Of a DNA stretch of 64,000 nucleotides, positions 22,401 through 34,300 are shown piece by piece. The stretch covers positions 3,131 through 67,130 of the forward strand of contig CAMATI010000001.1 in the NCBI GenBank assembly GCA_945861095.1, written 5' to 3'. Positions within the stretch are counted from its first letter, which is position 1; every line of letters starts with the position of its first letter. Source of the stretch: Asaia bogorensis. Lineage in GTDB: Bacteria > Pseudomonadota > Alphaproteobacteria > Acetobacterales > Acetobacteraceae. The notes under the pieces are model-generated. The model saw only the letters and a list, made by a program, of their open reading frames with translations, had not been told where the DNA came from and searched no databases. The position numbers and the translations under genes are program-made.

Positions 22401-25369
22401 TCGCGCGCGGACCGTCTCCCGCACCATCCCGCGGGACGACCGCCGCGGCCGAACAGAAGTTCATCCAGGAGCACCCGGATCTTGCTCCACACGCAACGTT
22501 GCTGCGCCGTTGCGTCGACTCCCTCGCCGAGGTCCTGCGCGGAGATCTGCCGGCGACAGATGTTCTGTTCCCGGGATCATCAATGGCCTTGGTGGAAGGC
22601 ATTTATCGCGGCGATCGACTGACCGATCACTGCAACGAACGCGTAGCGAAAGCCGTGGTAGCGGCTGCGGAAAGGCCCAGCGCAACCAAAATCCGCGTGC
22701 TGGAGGTAGGCGCGGGCACAGGCGGCACCAGTGCGACCGTGTTGGCCGCCCTATCGGCGCTGGGGGTAGACCTTGAGTATGTCTACACGGACGTATCGAA
22801 AGCATTCGCGTTGCATGGGGAGCGCCAGTTCGGTGCGCGGTATCCGTTTGCCCGCTTCGGCACGTTGGACCTGAACAGGGATCCGGAACCGCAGGGCCAC
22901 GAACCGGCAAGCTACGACGTGATATTGGGTGCCAATGTCGTCCACGTAACGCCAGACTTGCGCGTTTCCATCGAGCGTCTGAAGCGCCTGTTGAAACCCA
23001 ACGGCATCGCCGTTCTATACGAAATGACCGCGCTGCCTGATTTTGCCACCGCGACCTTCGGCTTGTTGGACGGCTGGTGGACCTTTGCCGACGCTCGCCT
23101 GGCACATGGGCCGCTTGTCGATGCACCAGGTTGGTCCAGGCTGTTTCAGGCTGCCGGTTTCATTGATGTCACAGTCGAGGGCATCGGCGGCGAACGTGAG
23201 CAAGAATTTCGGCATAGCGTTATTTCCGCGCGCCATCCCGCCCCCCCGGCGCTAGCCGATCGGATTGGGACGCCCGACGAAAGTCTGCTCGACACCATTC
23301 GGACGGTGGTTGCTGAAACATTGCAGATGCGGGCGGACCAGTTGCTGCCGGATCGCAATTTCGCCGATTACGGCGCAGATTCGATCATCAGTGTCGAGTT
23401 GATCGGCGCGTTGAATGCGCGCTTCAAAATCACCCTGAAGCCCACGATCCTGTTCAGCCACCCAACGGTCGAACAACTCGCCGACCACCTTGCGTCCCAT
23501 CACGGAATTCGCGTCGACCCAGCCGTGCCCCCGCAACGTCCTCCCGCCGCGTCCACCCCGCCAGCGCCCGTCGCCGAGCCTCGCTCGGGCGCCTGGGCGG
23601 ATGACATCGCGATTATTGGTATGGCGGGACGATTCCCCGGTGCGAATTCCGTCGATGATTTCTGGAGCAACATCGTGAACGGCATCGACAGCGTCGGCCC
23701 GGTGCCGCGCAGCCGCTGGGACCACGCCCAAGTCTATGATCCGGATCCGAACACGCCTGGACGCACGCAGTGTCCGGCTGGCGGATTTCTCGATGACGTG
23801 GAGTCCTTCGATCCGTTGTTCTTCAACATCTCGCCGTCCGAAGCAACGTTGATGGATCCGCAACAACGGCTGTTTCTGCAGGAGGCATGGCGTGCGCTGG
23901 AGGATGCGGGTTATGGCGGCCCACATCCGTCGCATGACCGATGCGGTGTGTTTGTCGGAACGGTGGCCAGCGACTATGATTCGTTGTTGCGTCAGGCCGG
24001 CCGGATGCCCGACGCGCAGCGCTTCATGGGCAACGCGTCGTCCATGCTCGCCGCGAGGATTGCCTACAAGCTAGATCTGCACGGCCCCTGTCTGTCGATT
24101 GATACCGCCTGTTCGTCCTCCCTTGTCGCATTGCATCTTGCCTGCGAAAGCCTGCTGCGGGGCGAATCCGACATGGCCCTGGTCGGCGGCGTCGCGGTTC
24201 TTGCGACCTCGGATTTTTATCTCGCGGCCAGCAACGCCGGCATGCTGTCGCCGACCGGGCGCTGCCATACACTGGATGCGTCCGCGGACGGATTCGTTCC
24301 GGGAGAGGCGGTCGCCGCGGTGGTCTTGAAGCGCCGGACCGACGCGGAACGGGATCGCGACACCATTTACGCCGTGGTGAAGGGGGCCGCGACGAACCAG
24401 GATGGCGCAAGCAATGGAATTACCGCGCCAAGCGGGACGGCACAGACGGCTTTGGAACGGATGGTTTACGATCGGTTTCGGATTGATCCCGCGACGATCG
24501 GCTATGTTGAATTGCACGGTACCGGAACGAAGATCGGCGACCCGATTGAGATGGAAGCCCTCCAAGCCGCCTTTGGCGGCCGCGGGAAGAACTGCGCCGT
24601 GGGTTCGGTGAAGGCGAATATCGGCCATACGCTTCCGGCCGCCGGGTTGGTCGGGGTGATCAAACTGGCACTGGCTCTGCGTCACCAGACCATTCCACCG
24701 GCGGTGCATTTTCATCGATTGAATGACCATATTGATCTGGCTCGCAATCAATTCACCGTTCCATCCGCGCCTCGGGCCTGGATTGCCGACCGCCCCAGAC
24801 GAGGCGCAGTCAGTAGCTTCGGTTTCAGCGGCACAAATGTCCACGCGGTCCTGCAGGAAGCAAGCTCGGTCGCACCGATAGCGCCAATGTCGATAGACTG
24901 CCACCTGGCGGTATTTTCCGCCGACAATGCCGCTGGACTGAAGCGCGTGCTACAACAAATGGAGGCGTGGCTCGCAACGACGCTCACTCGCCCCGCAATC
25001 GGCGATGTTTGCGCAACCCTGGCGCGGGGCCGATCCCATCTGAAGCACCGCGCCGCATTTGCCGTAACGGGGCTGGACGAACTGCGGGCCGCTATCCGCG
25101 ATCCCGCGCGGGCCGCGGCCGGTGCAACCGGTGAAATCGCCGACCTGATGCGAGCTTACCTGTCCGGCGGGGACGTCCGCTGGGACAGGCTTTACCCCGA
25201 TGGCGGTTTCGGACGCATCCCCATTCCGAGCTACCCGTTCGAGCGGCGGCGCTGTTGGCCGACATCAATCCAACCGACCGCCAGTGTTGCGCCCCGCGGA
25301 GAAAGACCCGGCAAGCAAGCGCTGGATGTTTTCGAAGCCGTTATTCGGGATCTGGGAGCGATAACGTGA
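16448..25369 (+). CDS. trans-AT PKS 2: KS(Cys>Ser)-ACP-KS-DH-KR-cMT-ACP-KS
   Basis: KS3 QSASSGS/HGTGT/GHL; ACP GIDSL; KS4 DTACSAS; DH HVVAGQPTLP and LLDAALQ; KR GGAGGIG, HSAIVMDD, GQANY; cMT VLEVGAGTGG; ACP GADSI; KS5 DTACSSS/HGTGT/GHT at the C-terminus. Confidence 0.92.
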   Translation: MTADETETGVDGIAIIGMAARLPGAADVDAYWNNLTKGISAIRGATDGELLAAGFSPEDLANPNLVRAFGWLDGVANFDARFFGYPPARAEGLDPQQRLLLEVAWHALEHAGYAPGTHGGTVGTYLSITQSTYHPEQEPDLADSFFALTSRDKDYAASRIAYKLDLTGPSLMIQSASSGSLAAVHAAVEALLSGQCDIALAGGCSISLPQGAYRHAPGLMLSASGTCRAFDAGADGAVPGNGLGIVVLKPLAQAMADSDTIYAVIRGSALNNDGARKSDYLAPSVSGQARVVGEALAVADIDPETVGYIETHGTGTLIGDPIEIRGLAQVFSGGAPIARRCALGSAKPSIGHLHVASGVAGLIKAALAVYHGVIPPSLNFHEGNPEAQFQATPFYVNTRLTGWPSDGPRRAGVSAFGLGGTNVHVVLEQAPPLLPAVPPPIRMPLALVLSAKTSAALDRIRTSLAEYLRSTPSARLTDVAWTLAAGRQRFEHRTVVLSENHQDAIDALDGSATMPDDSTGPMADVARAWLAGQVVDWKPLFAGTDPRRIPLPLYPFEPVAHWSSAPRQRQVPAAAPPAREIEPALLPWLQERVGEVLHQSPTELDPDTTYEAFGIDSLLVNTITQTLQRRFPKLAATVLFEYNTLRRLAAYLAGAEPTASIGTARPSNPGCDGIAVIGMAGRYPGGNDIEAFWENLQQGRSAISEVPSDRWDWRQHVDPDRKDRSYTQWGGFITDVDKFDPLFFGISPREARFLDPQQRLILEMAWSAIEDAGHTRKSLKRTAGGSGDVGVFIGAMHNAYRLLAMDAVASGQLVQSNHWSIANRVSYHFDFTGPSLTVDTACSASLSAIHLACESLRRGECGAALVGGISLILHPQQPLELCRAGMLSKGTDCSAFGEAADGFVQGEGVGVVVLKPVAAAIADGDRILAVIRGSAMNAGGKTSGYTVPNPHAQASVVESALRQADLPASSIGYVECHGTGTSLGDPIEIAGLTDAFTRVGGHGFRCSIGSVKSNIGHLESAAGIAGLTKTILQLTHQQLVPSLHSSPENPRIDFGDGAFQVQRTTAPWRPPAGGRLRAGVSSFGAGGANVHVILEQAPDPNPTAPLAGPFLVPLSARTPEQLLIIATRLRHWLQSKPAVIADVAYTLAVGREPMEVRAALLVMDTPDLLRQLGDLVYRPTTAFTDIAAVEPALARGDLHALADFWRSGLTIDWARLYPTRARRRLALPTYPFLRERHWLPDVGPATPKPSSLLGDAIPTLAAEARWQVPLDASQPVLSNHVVAGQPTLPGVATIELAVEAAIRLGMGHQLQIRNLTWLRPLTSPDRSPGQFVMRTTNGATRFDLLQDAKIMAAGVIAPITNEPDRCKPDPSGNPRPGDHLYAGLEARSLSYGPAFRTIETFEVHGRTAVAVARSTGAFESCRLDLGLLDAALQLTAALMDDQAQGLTLPFAVDSVDIIARPSTPCRLVARRIDHGAEPGVVRFDSMITDMEGRPSIVMHGVAGRVIQRPTQSGPPVYRPVWQLGPTTAAITPASAPLIVSGDTDPLRPALAAALPGSQLVRDLMSRDRGAPLPDHVIFSCVDDPASVDLLFRTLQALARETNVKPVVLTVLSLRPDGQASPWSAAAIGLARVAAHEFPSWSVRCLTLDSPTALPAAIADPGDPLGREISFQRGRRFVRALEPIGIVARPSVIRQEGVYVILGGAGGIGLELATHLATRYRAKVALIGRSRPDAVREARIAALDGAVAFFAADACDSTDMREAIARVRDRFGPIQGAIHSAIVMDDQALGRMTDAAFHAALDVKTLGTINLVDALADQPLDWLALFSSANSFAANAGQANYVAGCAFKDAYAEIAQARLGCKVRVINWGFWGEVGRVADPTYRALLEKRGVNPIGTAEGIAAFEQALAADDPQVMVLKAEDHVLRQLGVLDVSSPSQPVERALAAHAELDRFTRATLCCWAAENNLRPTDIAPKHQRVFSALSDLIARGPSPAPSRGTTAAAEQKFIQEHPDLAPHATLLRRCVDSLAEVLRGDLPATDVLFPGSSMALVEGIYRGDRLTDHCNERVAKAVVAAAERPSATKIRVLEVGAGTGGTSATVLAALSALGVDLEYVYTDVSKAFALHGERQFGARYPFARFGTLDLNRDPEPQGHEPASYDVILGANVVHVTPDLRVSIERLKRLLKPNGIAVLYEMTALPDFATATFGLLDGWWTFADARLAHGPLVDAPGWSRLFQAAGFIDVTVEGIGGEREQEFRHSVISARHPAPPALADRIGTPDESLLDTIRTVVAETLQMRADQLLPDRNFADYGADSIISVELIGALNARFKITLKPTILFSHPTVEQLADHLASHHGIRVDPAVPPQRPPAASTPPAPVAEPRSGAWADDIAIIGMAGRFPGANSVDDFWSNIVNGIDSVGPVPRSRWDHAQVYDPDPNTPGRTQCPAGGFLDDVESFDPLFFNISPSEATLMDPQQRLFLQEAWRALEDAGYGGPHPSHDRCGVFVGTVASDYDSLLRQAGRMPDAQRFMGNASSMLAARIAYKLDLHGPCLSIDTACSSSLVALHLACESLLRGESDMALVGGVAVLATSDFYLAASNAGMLSPTGRCHTLDASADGFVPGEAVAAVVLKRRTDAERDRDTIYAVVKGAATNQDGASNGITAPSGTAQTALERMVYDRFRIDPATIGYVELHGTGTKIGDPIEMEALQAAFGGRGKNCAVGSVKANIGHTLPAAGLVGVIKLALALRHQTIPPAVHFHRLNDHIDLARNQFTVPSAPRAWIADRPRRGAVSSFGFSGTNVHAVLQEASSVAPIAPMSIDCHLAVFSADNAAGLKRVLQQMEAWLATTLTRPAIGDVCATLARGRSHLKHRAAFAVTGLDELRAAIRDPARAAAGATGEIADLMRAYLSGGDVRWDRLYPDGGFGRIPIPSYPFERRRCWPTSIQPTASVAPRGERPGKQALDVFEAVIRDLGAIT

Positions 25370-28300
25370 CCCGTCGCATCGACCCCTTCACCGCGCTGGA
25401 CCCTTACGCGGTATTGTTACTGCACCAGGCAGTCGGCCAGCAGGACATCGCGGCCCTCGCTCTACCACGCCATCAGCGCCTGGTAAGCGCGTTGAACCGT
25501 TTGTTGCGAGCCGCCCCCTCTAGGTCCGCCCCAGCAGCAGAAATTCGCGCCAACCTGCTTGCCGTCGCTCCCGACCTCGCGCCTCACGTCAGGCTGCTGG
25601 AGCATTGCGCGAACCATCTGATCGCGGTGATTTGTGGGCGCGCGGTGGCAAGCGACGTAATGTTTCCGGCTGGAAGCATGTCGCTGGTGGAGCCAATCTA
25701 CCAAGGCAACCGCTGGACCGATCACTTCAACAACCTCACCGCCATCGCTGTCGTTCGTGCGGTGGCTACATGCGTATCCCGGAATGATACCGGGTTGGTG
25801 CGTATCCTGGAGGTCGGGGCCGGAACCGGCGGCACCAGCGGCGCCGTGCTGGCCGCGTTGGAGCCATATCATGACAGTATTTCCTACGACTATACAGATG
25901 TCTCTCCAGGCTTCATTCAGCATGGCAAGAAGGTCCACGGACATAACCGTCCCTTCCTAACCGCTCGGCTTCTCGATCTGGAACGGCCACCAGGTCCGCA
26001 GGGCTTCGAGGCCGGCAGCTACGATGTGATTGTCGGGACCAACGTGCTGCACGCGACAAGTCGAATCGCCATGTCGCTGGAGCACATCAACGGGCTCCTT
26101 CGCAATGGCGGCCTACTTTTGTTGAACGAGATCACCCGTTCTGGCGCCTTTGCGTCCATGACCTTTGGATTGCTCGACGGATGGTGGGCGTTTCGCGACC
26201 CGGAGGTCCGACTGCCGGACTCACCGGTGCTTTCCGCGGCGGGCTGGCGCCAGATGCTGTCCGGGGTGGGCTTCAACACCCCTGCCACATTCGGCTGGAC
26301 CAATCCGCCCGAAGAATCGTTCCAATGCCTGTTCGTCGCGGCAAAGATCGCCGAGGCCGCCAGCCGCGCCATCCCTTCCCGGGACCTGCGGCCGGTCCTG
26401 GCGGAACATCTCGCCGGGTTGCTTGGCCTGGACCCGACCGAACTCGCAGCGGATCGCCCGTTGGCGGACTACGGTGTTGATTCGATCGTAGCACCTCAGT
26501 TCGTCACGATCTTGAACCAACAACTGGGAAGTCGGCTGGTGCCGACTGATATTTTCAATTGCGCCACGTTGGCGGGCCTGGCCGAACACCTGCGGACGAT
26601 GCCCCTGGCATCGCCAGGTGAAGGGACACTCTGCTCGCCCGAGGCCACCGTGTCTCCAACGCCAACGCCGGAGCCCGCTAGTCGAGATATCGCCGTCATC
26701 GGGTTGTCGTGCCGGTTTCCGGGCGCACGGGATGCCAGCGAGTTCTGGCGGAACCTCGTCGCGGGCAAGTCGTCCATCACCGAAGTGCCGCCCGACCGCT
26801 GGATCACCACGGAGACCGGACGCACGCGGTGGGGCGGATTCCTGGAAGATCACGATTGCTTCGACCCGGAGTTCTTCAACCTTTCTTGGCGTGAAGCCGA
26901 GGCCATGAGCCCGCAGCAGCGCGTGTTCCTCGAACAGGCCTGGAATGCGCTGGAGAATGCAGGATATGGCAAAAAGGGCCTGAGCGGTCAGCGATGCGGC
27001 GTCTATGTCGGTGCCGCCCCTGATGGTTACGGGGTTAACCAGAATGACAGTCTGTCTTCGTTAGGCGGCTCCCTGGCTATCCTGTCAGCCCGGATTTCGT
27101 ACGTGCTCGATCTGAAAGGCCCAAGCCTGCCGCTGGATACCGCGTGCTCGTCGTCATTGGTGGCGGTTCATCTGGCCTGTCAAAGTCTGCTGTCTGGCGA
27201 TTGCGACATGGCTCTCGCCGGTGGGGTGTCGATCCTTATGACGGACCACCGCCTGCATTCGTTTCTGGACGATGCCGGCATGCTGTCGCCCACCGGACAG
27301 TGCCACACATTCGACGCCGCGGCGGACGGCTTCGTGCCAGGCGAAGGCGTGGGAATTGTCGTGCTCAAACGCCTCGATCAGGCTTTGGCCGACCGGGACG
27401 CAATCGTCGGTGTGATCAAGGGGTCAGGCGTCAATCAGGACGGGCGGACCAGCGGCATCACGGCGCCGAGCGGTCCGGCGCAGTCGGCGCTGGAGGAGAT
27501 GGTCTATCAACGGGCAGGGGTCAGCCCATCGGCAATCGGCCTGGTCGAAGCCCATGGCACCGGCACGCAACTTGGGGATCCCATAGAAGTCAACGCACTC
27601 GCCAACACATTCCGTAGGCATACAGACCGCACCGCCTTCTGCGCGCTCGGCTCTGTCAAGACAAATGTCGGCCATACCCTGACCGCGGCAGGGATCGCCG
27701 GGCTGATCAAGATTCTCCTTGCAGTACGGAATGAAACCATTCCGCCTCACCTGAATTATGAGAGCGAAAATCCGGAAGTGGATTTCGCCGCAACGCCGTT
27801 TTTCGTCCCGCGCCAGGCGCTGCCCTGGCACGGTGTCCCACGCTTGGCCGCCGTCAGTTCCTTCGGCTTCAGCGGAACCAACGCACATGTCGTGATCGCC
27901 AATGCGCCCGTCCTGAAGCCACTTCGCGCCCCGGTGACCGGCACGCCCTACCTCATCCTGCTTTCCGCCCGATCGCCAGACGCTCTTGACGCTCGCCGGC
28001 AAGACCTGCTGGACTGGCTGCGGGACAATGCCCCCGATTTGACCGACCTTGCCTATACGCTCTGTCATGGACGCGGACATTTCGAGCACAGACTCGCGCT
28101 GATCGTTGATAGCATCGAGGCGCTGCGGGAATGGCGCGGCACGGTTCTGCAGAGCGAGCCATTGGTTCTGCCGGCCCGCGGCAACCAGGATGCCGAAATG
28201 GCAACGTTGCTGGCCGCCCGATCGCCCGACCTGGGCCTGATCGCGGACTGCTTCATCCGGGGCGGCGATGGCGACTGGTCCAGACTCGCGCAACAGGGGG

Positions 28301-31300
28301 CCAACCGCCTTGCCTTGCCCGGATATCGGTTCTTGCGCCAACGCTTCCAAACGCGGCCCATCTCGGCAACGCCACCGCCGATCGCCGCGACAGAGCAGCC
28401 GGGCGACCTGCATCCATTGCTGCTGGCCAACGTGTCCCGTTTTGGGCAGGTTGCGTTTAGTCTGAAGCTGGATCTCAACGCGGTTTGGTTCCGAGACCAT
28501 CGTTTGCATCAGCAATCCGTCCTGCCGGCGTCCGCTATCATCGAACTGGCGCGGGAAGCGACCAGCCGAGCGACACACAGGCCGGTTAGCGGCGTCATGA
28601 ACTTGCGCTTTCAGCGACCGATCACTGCGACCTCAAACGGGCCTTTCAAAATTGCGCTGGAACCCTGGGGGAACGGCGCCAGCTTTGTCGTGACTGATGC
28701 CCATGAAGTCGTCTATGCGGAAGGCAGGGCGGAAACCGATCCGATGCCCCTGGCGCCATCCGGATTCGACCTGCCGGCACTGCAAGCCCGGCTACGAAGC
28801 CATTTCACCCCCGGCGAGATCTATGCGCGCTTCGGTAGCCTCGGGTTCGACTATGGTTCGGGCTTTCAGGTTATCACCGCGCTCCACGCCAGCACTGACG
28901 AGGTGCTTGCCGAACTGACTTCGCCTTCCCCTGTGGATGACCGCGTTTCGCTTGACCCTGCGTTGCTCGATGGAGCCATTCAGTCGGCTGTCGGCCTGGT
29001 CCTCGTCAAGAACGAAGCGCTCTCCTCCGTTGTGCCCGTGTCCATGGGACAGGTGACGCTCCATGGACAACTCCGCAACGCGTGCCTGGCTTATGTCTTG
29101 TTATTGTCGACGGAAAACGATATCCGGCGACTTAAGATCGCCGTAATGGATACAGACGGGCAGGCCATCGCGACATTGGACGACGTCGCCATTCGGGTCG
29201 TGGCGACCGAACGCCGGGACGACGCGATTCTGACGTTTGTTCCGGGCTGGGAACCGGTTCCTATCCCTGCCGCCGATCCTCCATCCCGGATTGTGTTGTT
29301 CGATCGGGACGAAGGCGTGTGGCGACAACTGGGGCGCGATGCGATCCTGGTCCGCCCTGGCAGTGCATTTTGTCGCCTGGAGCAGCGTTCGTTTGCGATC
29401 GACCCCGCAAACCCGGAAGATTACACGCGATTGCTGGACACTCTGCGGTCGGAAGGACTAGCGGTTCGGACAGCATGGCATTTATGGTCCCGCCAACCGG
29501 TTGCCATCGATCTGCGATCTGCGACAAACGAAGCAATCGGCGTAAGCCTGCGCGACGGATTGCACTCCGTTTTTACTCTCGCCGCCAGCTTGGCAAGGCA
29601 GTCGTCGGGCGATGCCGTTACGCTGTTGCACGTCCATACGGCTGGCCCGACCGCACCATCTTTGCACGCGCCCGTCGCTGCGTTCGGGGCGGCCTTGCGT
29701 CGAGAAAATCCCGCGCTGCACGTTGCATCCGTCAGCCTGTCCAGCCCTGAGATTCCCCACATCATTGCGAACCTGTCAGCGGAAACCGCCCTTGCACTGG
29801 ACGGGATCGACAACGACATCTGTTGGGACATCGCCGGCACGAGGACGGTGCAGCGCCTGCGCCCGTTCGCGCTTCCAACCGCCCAGGCACCAGCACTACG
29901 TAAACAATGCGTCATTCTACTGACCGGAGCGTTGGGCGGCATCGGACACCATATTGCGCGCCACCTTGCCGCTCGCCACCAGGCCCGCCTTGTACTCATG
30001 GGCCGTTCCCCATCTGGCGCGACCGACGAAGCGTTAGTCGCCGCGATCCGCTCGGCCGGTGGGGACGCCTTCTATGTCGCGGGCGACGTCGCTAACGAAA
30101 CTGATGTCAGAACCGCCGTTACACTGGCGAAGTCCCGGTTCGGTGTCTTGCACGGCGTCATTCACGCGGCTGGGGTCACCCGGGATCGCTTTTTGTTGCA
30201 CAAGCACTCGAATGATCTCGATGCGGTGCTGGCGCCCAAGCTTTTCGGCACCCTGGCTCTTGATCGCGCGACCGCGGAGGAGAGACTGGACTTCTTCGTC
30301 TGCTTCTCGTCGTTGGCGGGCAGGTTCGGAAATGCAGGCCAGACCGACTATAGTGCGGCCAACCGGTTCCTTGACGCTTACATGCAACATCGTGCTGGCC
30401 CCGGCCGGTCTCTTTCCATCGGCTGGCCCTATTGGCGCGACGGCGGCCTGGCCGTCGATGACGTGGAACAACGCCGCCGGTCGGAAGCAACGGGAATTCG
30501 AAGCATCGAGACGGCTGAGGCGCTGACGATCTTCGATACGCTCCTGACCATGGCGACCGGTTCCGTGCTTCTGCTGCCCGGTGACCCCGACGCCATCCAG
30601 GCACTGACAAACCAGGCCGCGCCAGGGCCCAGGCCGTTAACCCGAGGGACAACTGATGCGACCGCAATCGATAACGCGGTCGACTATCTGCGGACGTTGC
30701 TGGCGGACGCAACGTCCATACCGGAAGATCGGATCAATCCGGACCGGCCACTGGAACAATATGGGATCGATTCAATCCTGGTCACCAGACTGAACGCGGC
30801 GCTGGAGCAACGGTTTTCCGGCCTGCCCAAGACGCTCTTTTTCGAACATCAGACCTTGCGAGAGGCCGCCTTGTATCTGGCTGCTCGGCACGCCGCGCAA
30901 CTGGCCCCAAAGTTAACCGCGGACTTCGTCCTACCGACCCCCAGCGCGCCGCCGGCCCAGTCCGACGGGATGGCCATCATCGGGATCGCCGGCCGCTATC
31001 CGGGCGCTGATACGCTGGAAGCTTTCTGGGACAACCTGTGTGCCGATCGGGATCTGATCACGGAGATACCCGCGGATCGGTGGGACCAGGCCGCGTGGTT
31101 CGATGCAACACCCGGGACACCTGGACGCTCCTACAGCAAATGGGGCGGCTTTCTGACGGGCGTCGACCAGTTCGATCCGCTCTTCTTCAACATCGCTCCA
31201 GCCGAAGCCGCGAGCATCGACCCGAATGAGCGCCAGTTCCTGGAGGTGTGTTGGGAGGCATTGGAGAACGCCGGCCACACCCGCACGACGCTTGCCAGGG

Positions 31301-34300
31301 ATTCCGCGCGCTCCGTCGGTGTCTATGCAGGCGTCATGTATGGCGAGTATCAGCTTCTGGCAGCCGCGGCGCAGTCCGGGGGGCGTGGTACGGTCGGCGG
31401 AGCGTCGCCCTACTGGTCCGTGGCAAACCGCGTTTCCTACCACCTGGACTTGCACGGCCCAAGTATGGCGGTGGATACAGCGTGTTCTTCGTCGCTGACG
31501 GCCGTGCACCTCGCCTGTCAGGCCCTGGCGAGCGGCGAGTGTTCGCTAGCGATCGCGGGAGGCGTCAACCTAAGTTTGCATCCGCTGAAGTATGTCGGCC
31601 TGAGCCAGGGGCGGTTTGCCGCCAGTGACGGCCATTGTCACAGTTTCACCGCCGGCGGCGACGGCTACGTCCCAGGTGAAGGCGTCGGAGCGGTAATTCT
31701 GAAGCCGCTGTCGGCGGCACTTGCCGACGGCGACTACGTCCACGCGGTCATTCGCGGCTGGTCCACCAACCACGGGGGAAAGACGAATGGCTATACAGTT
31801 CCCAACCCACGTCTCCAAGGCAAGGCGATCGCTGCATCCTTGCGCCGTGGCGGCATCGACCCGGCCACCATCTCCTATATAGAAGCCCACGGTACCGGCA
31901 CCGCGCTAGGGGACCCAATCGAAGTCGCGGGCCTGGCGGCGGCTTTCGACGGCGGGCTCCCGCCGCGGTCATGTGCGCTGGGCTCGGTCAAAGCCAATAT
32001 CGGCCACCTGGAGGCCGCAGCCGGTATAGCCGGTCTGACCCGGGTCGTGCTGCAGATGCAACATCGAACCCTGACGCCGACACGCCGCCATGGCCCGGAC
32101 AATCCGAATATCGATTTTTCCGCAACCCCGTTCCATTTGCAGCATGAGCGCAAAAGCTGGGACCGACCCGAACCGCTTCGAGCCGGGGTAAGTTCGTTCG
32201 GCGCGGGAGGGGCCAACGCCCACCTGATCGTGGAATCGTTTCGGCCAAGCCGCGCCAAGGCAACCGAGACCGGCCCCGCCGTGCTGATCCTTTCCGCACG
32301 GACCGAAGCTCAGTTGAGGGCCTATGCGGAGCGACTGATCCCATTCTTCCGTGCCAGCCCCTTTAGTCTGGCCGATGTCTGTCGAACGCTGCAGGTTGGT
32401 CGCGAACCGATGTCCGTGCGCCTTGCGGTCGTCGTCAGCACATTGGATGCCGCGGCAGGCCATCTGGCCGAGTTCCTGCGGCAGACAAGCGAGACTGTTC
32501 ATTTCGGTACTGTAGACGATGATGCGGTGGATGTGCCGCTTCACGACCAAGCGGGGTTGGAAGACATCGCCCGTGCCTGGGTCTCCGGCACCTCGGTCGA
32601 TTGGGAGACGCAAGCACTGCCTGGTCAACTGGTGCCGGTCCCGCCACATCCGTTCATGCGACGACGCTATTGGCTGGACACGGCCCCGGCGCCGTTGACC
32701 GTCAGCGCTAACGCGACACCGCGCCCGTTCCTTGATCGGTCCGAACCATCGCTCGACGGAGCAGTTTGGGTCAGGCACTTCCTTCCGACGGAGCCTATCG
32801 TCCGCGACCATCTGGTTCAGGGTCGGCTGATGTTGCCAGGCGTCGCTCAACTTGAAATGGCATGGGCGGCCATGGCGGCGATCGTTCGGCCAACGGATGT
32901 ATTGACCGATGTGGTCTGGTCTGCCCCGATGCTGATCGGCGCCAACGGAACCGAGGCAAGAATTACCCTGCGGAACGCCGAAGATGGCATGACCTTCGAA
33001 ATTGTCATCCCCGGCGTCGGGCCAACCTGCCGCGGCCGCTCTGGCCAATCTCATCTCGGCACCACGGCGACGATTGACGTTGTCGGCCTTCGCAATGCCG
33101 CCTCACGGCATCTCCCCGCCACCCAGATCTACGCAACGCTCGGCGTGCTGGGCGTGACTTACGGTCCGAGCCTCCGCTCTCTGACCGACATCTGGATCGG
33201 CGATGGCACCGTCTTGGCTGCACTGAGCCCGATCTCCGCGCCATCCGGAATGACTCTACCACCGTCAGTCCTGGACGGCGCGCTGCAGTCTCTGCTTGGC
33301 TTTGCCGACACCGATACCGACGCCGAACGCCTGTTCATCCCGTTTTCTCTTAACGAAGTCCGCCGGAATGGAGACCTCGACCTTGCTCGCTTTGTCGTAA
33401 GCAGATGTCGGGAAATATCAGGCGAAGTGGCTGTGTTCGACATGAAAATCTGCGACGCGGATGGTAATGTCTTACTGACGCTGGATCGACTCGCCGCCCG
33501 CCCGGGCCCTCGGCGCAAACCGGAAGTCTCGGTGCCTTTGACTATCCGGGAACCCGTCTGGGAAGCGCTCCCTCACGTCGATCGGTTGCCGGCCGGCGCG
33601 ATGGTCGTCGTGGTGCACACATCCAGCGACCAGGCCTTGGCGCGACGGTTTGTCACCGATTTCGACGCCGGGTCGATCCTCCTGACGGACGATGCCGCCG
33701 CGATTGCCCTTGCGGTGTCGAGCGCGACCGACATCGTCTGGATCGCCTCGCCACCGTATGGCGGTACGATATCGGAACAGTCGGAGGACATGGCCTACAA
33801 GCTGCTGAGGGTCATACAGGAACTGGATCGATCTGGCCGCTTGGGCCGCGACCTGCGCCTGCGGATCGTGACGTGCGGATTCCAATCGGTTTCCGCGCGT
33901 GAAAAGCCGGATCCGCGGGCCGCGGCCTTGGTGGGCGTCGCGAAATGTGTGGCCCTGGAGTTCCCGCGCGTGGCGGTCACCCTGACCGACCTTGATGCAA
34001 CGACCAGGGACGCACTGAGCGTCGCTGGGTTGGTGCTGGCTGAGTTTGCCTCGGTACCGGTCCGGGAGGTGGCGTGGCGCACAGGCACGCGACATGTCCT
34101 GGGGACGCGCCCGGTGCGCCTTCCCGACGCCATCCCGCCGGTCCGCCCGGGCTCCGTCGTAATGATTGTCGGCGGCGCCGGTGGCATTGGTTGCGAAATT
34201 GCATCTTGGCTTGCGCGGGATTGTTCCGCTCGCGTCGCATTGATCGGACGGCGTGCGGAGGCTTCCCTGGCCACCCCCGTCCGAGGCCTTTCCAGCGGCG

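Noticed and set aside
6011-25369. Assigning the cluster to epothilone or patellazole
   Set aside because: The thiazole-CH=C(Me) logic recalls epothilone, but that pathway is cis-AT with an Ox domain. Patellazole resemblance rests on unverified memory and I cannot align the modules. No gene symbols assigned.
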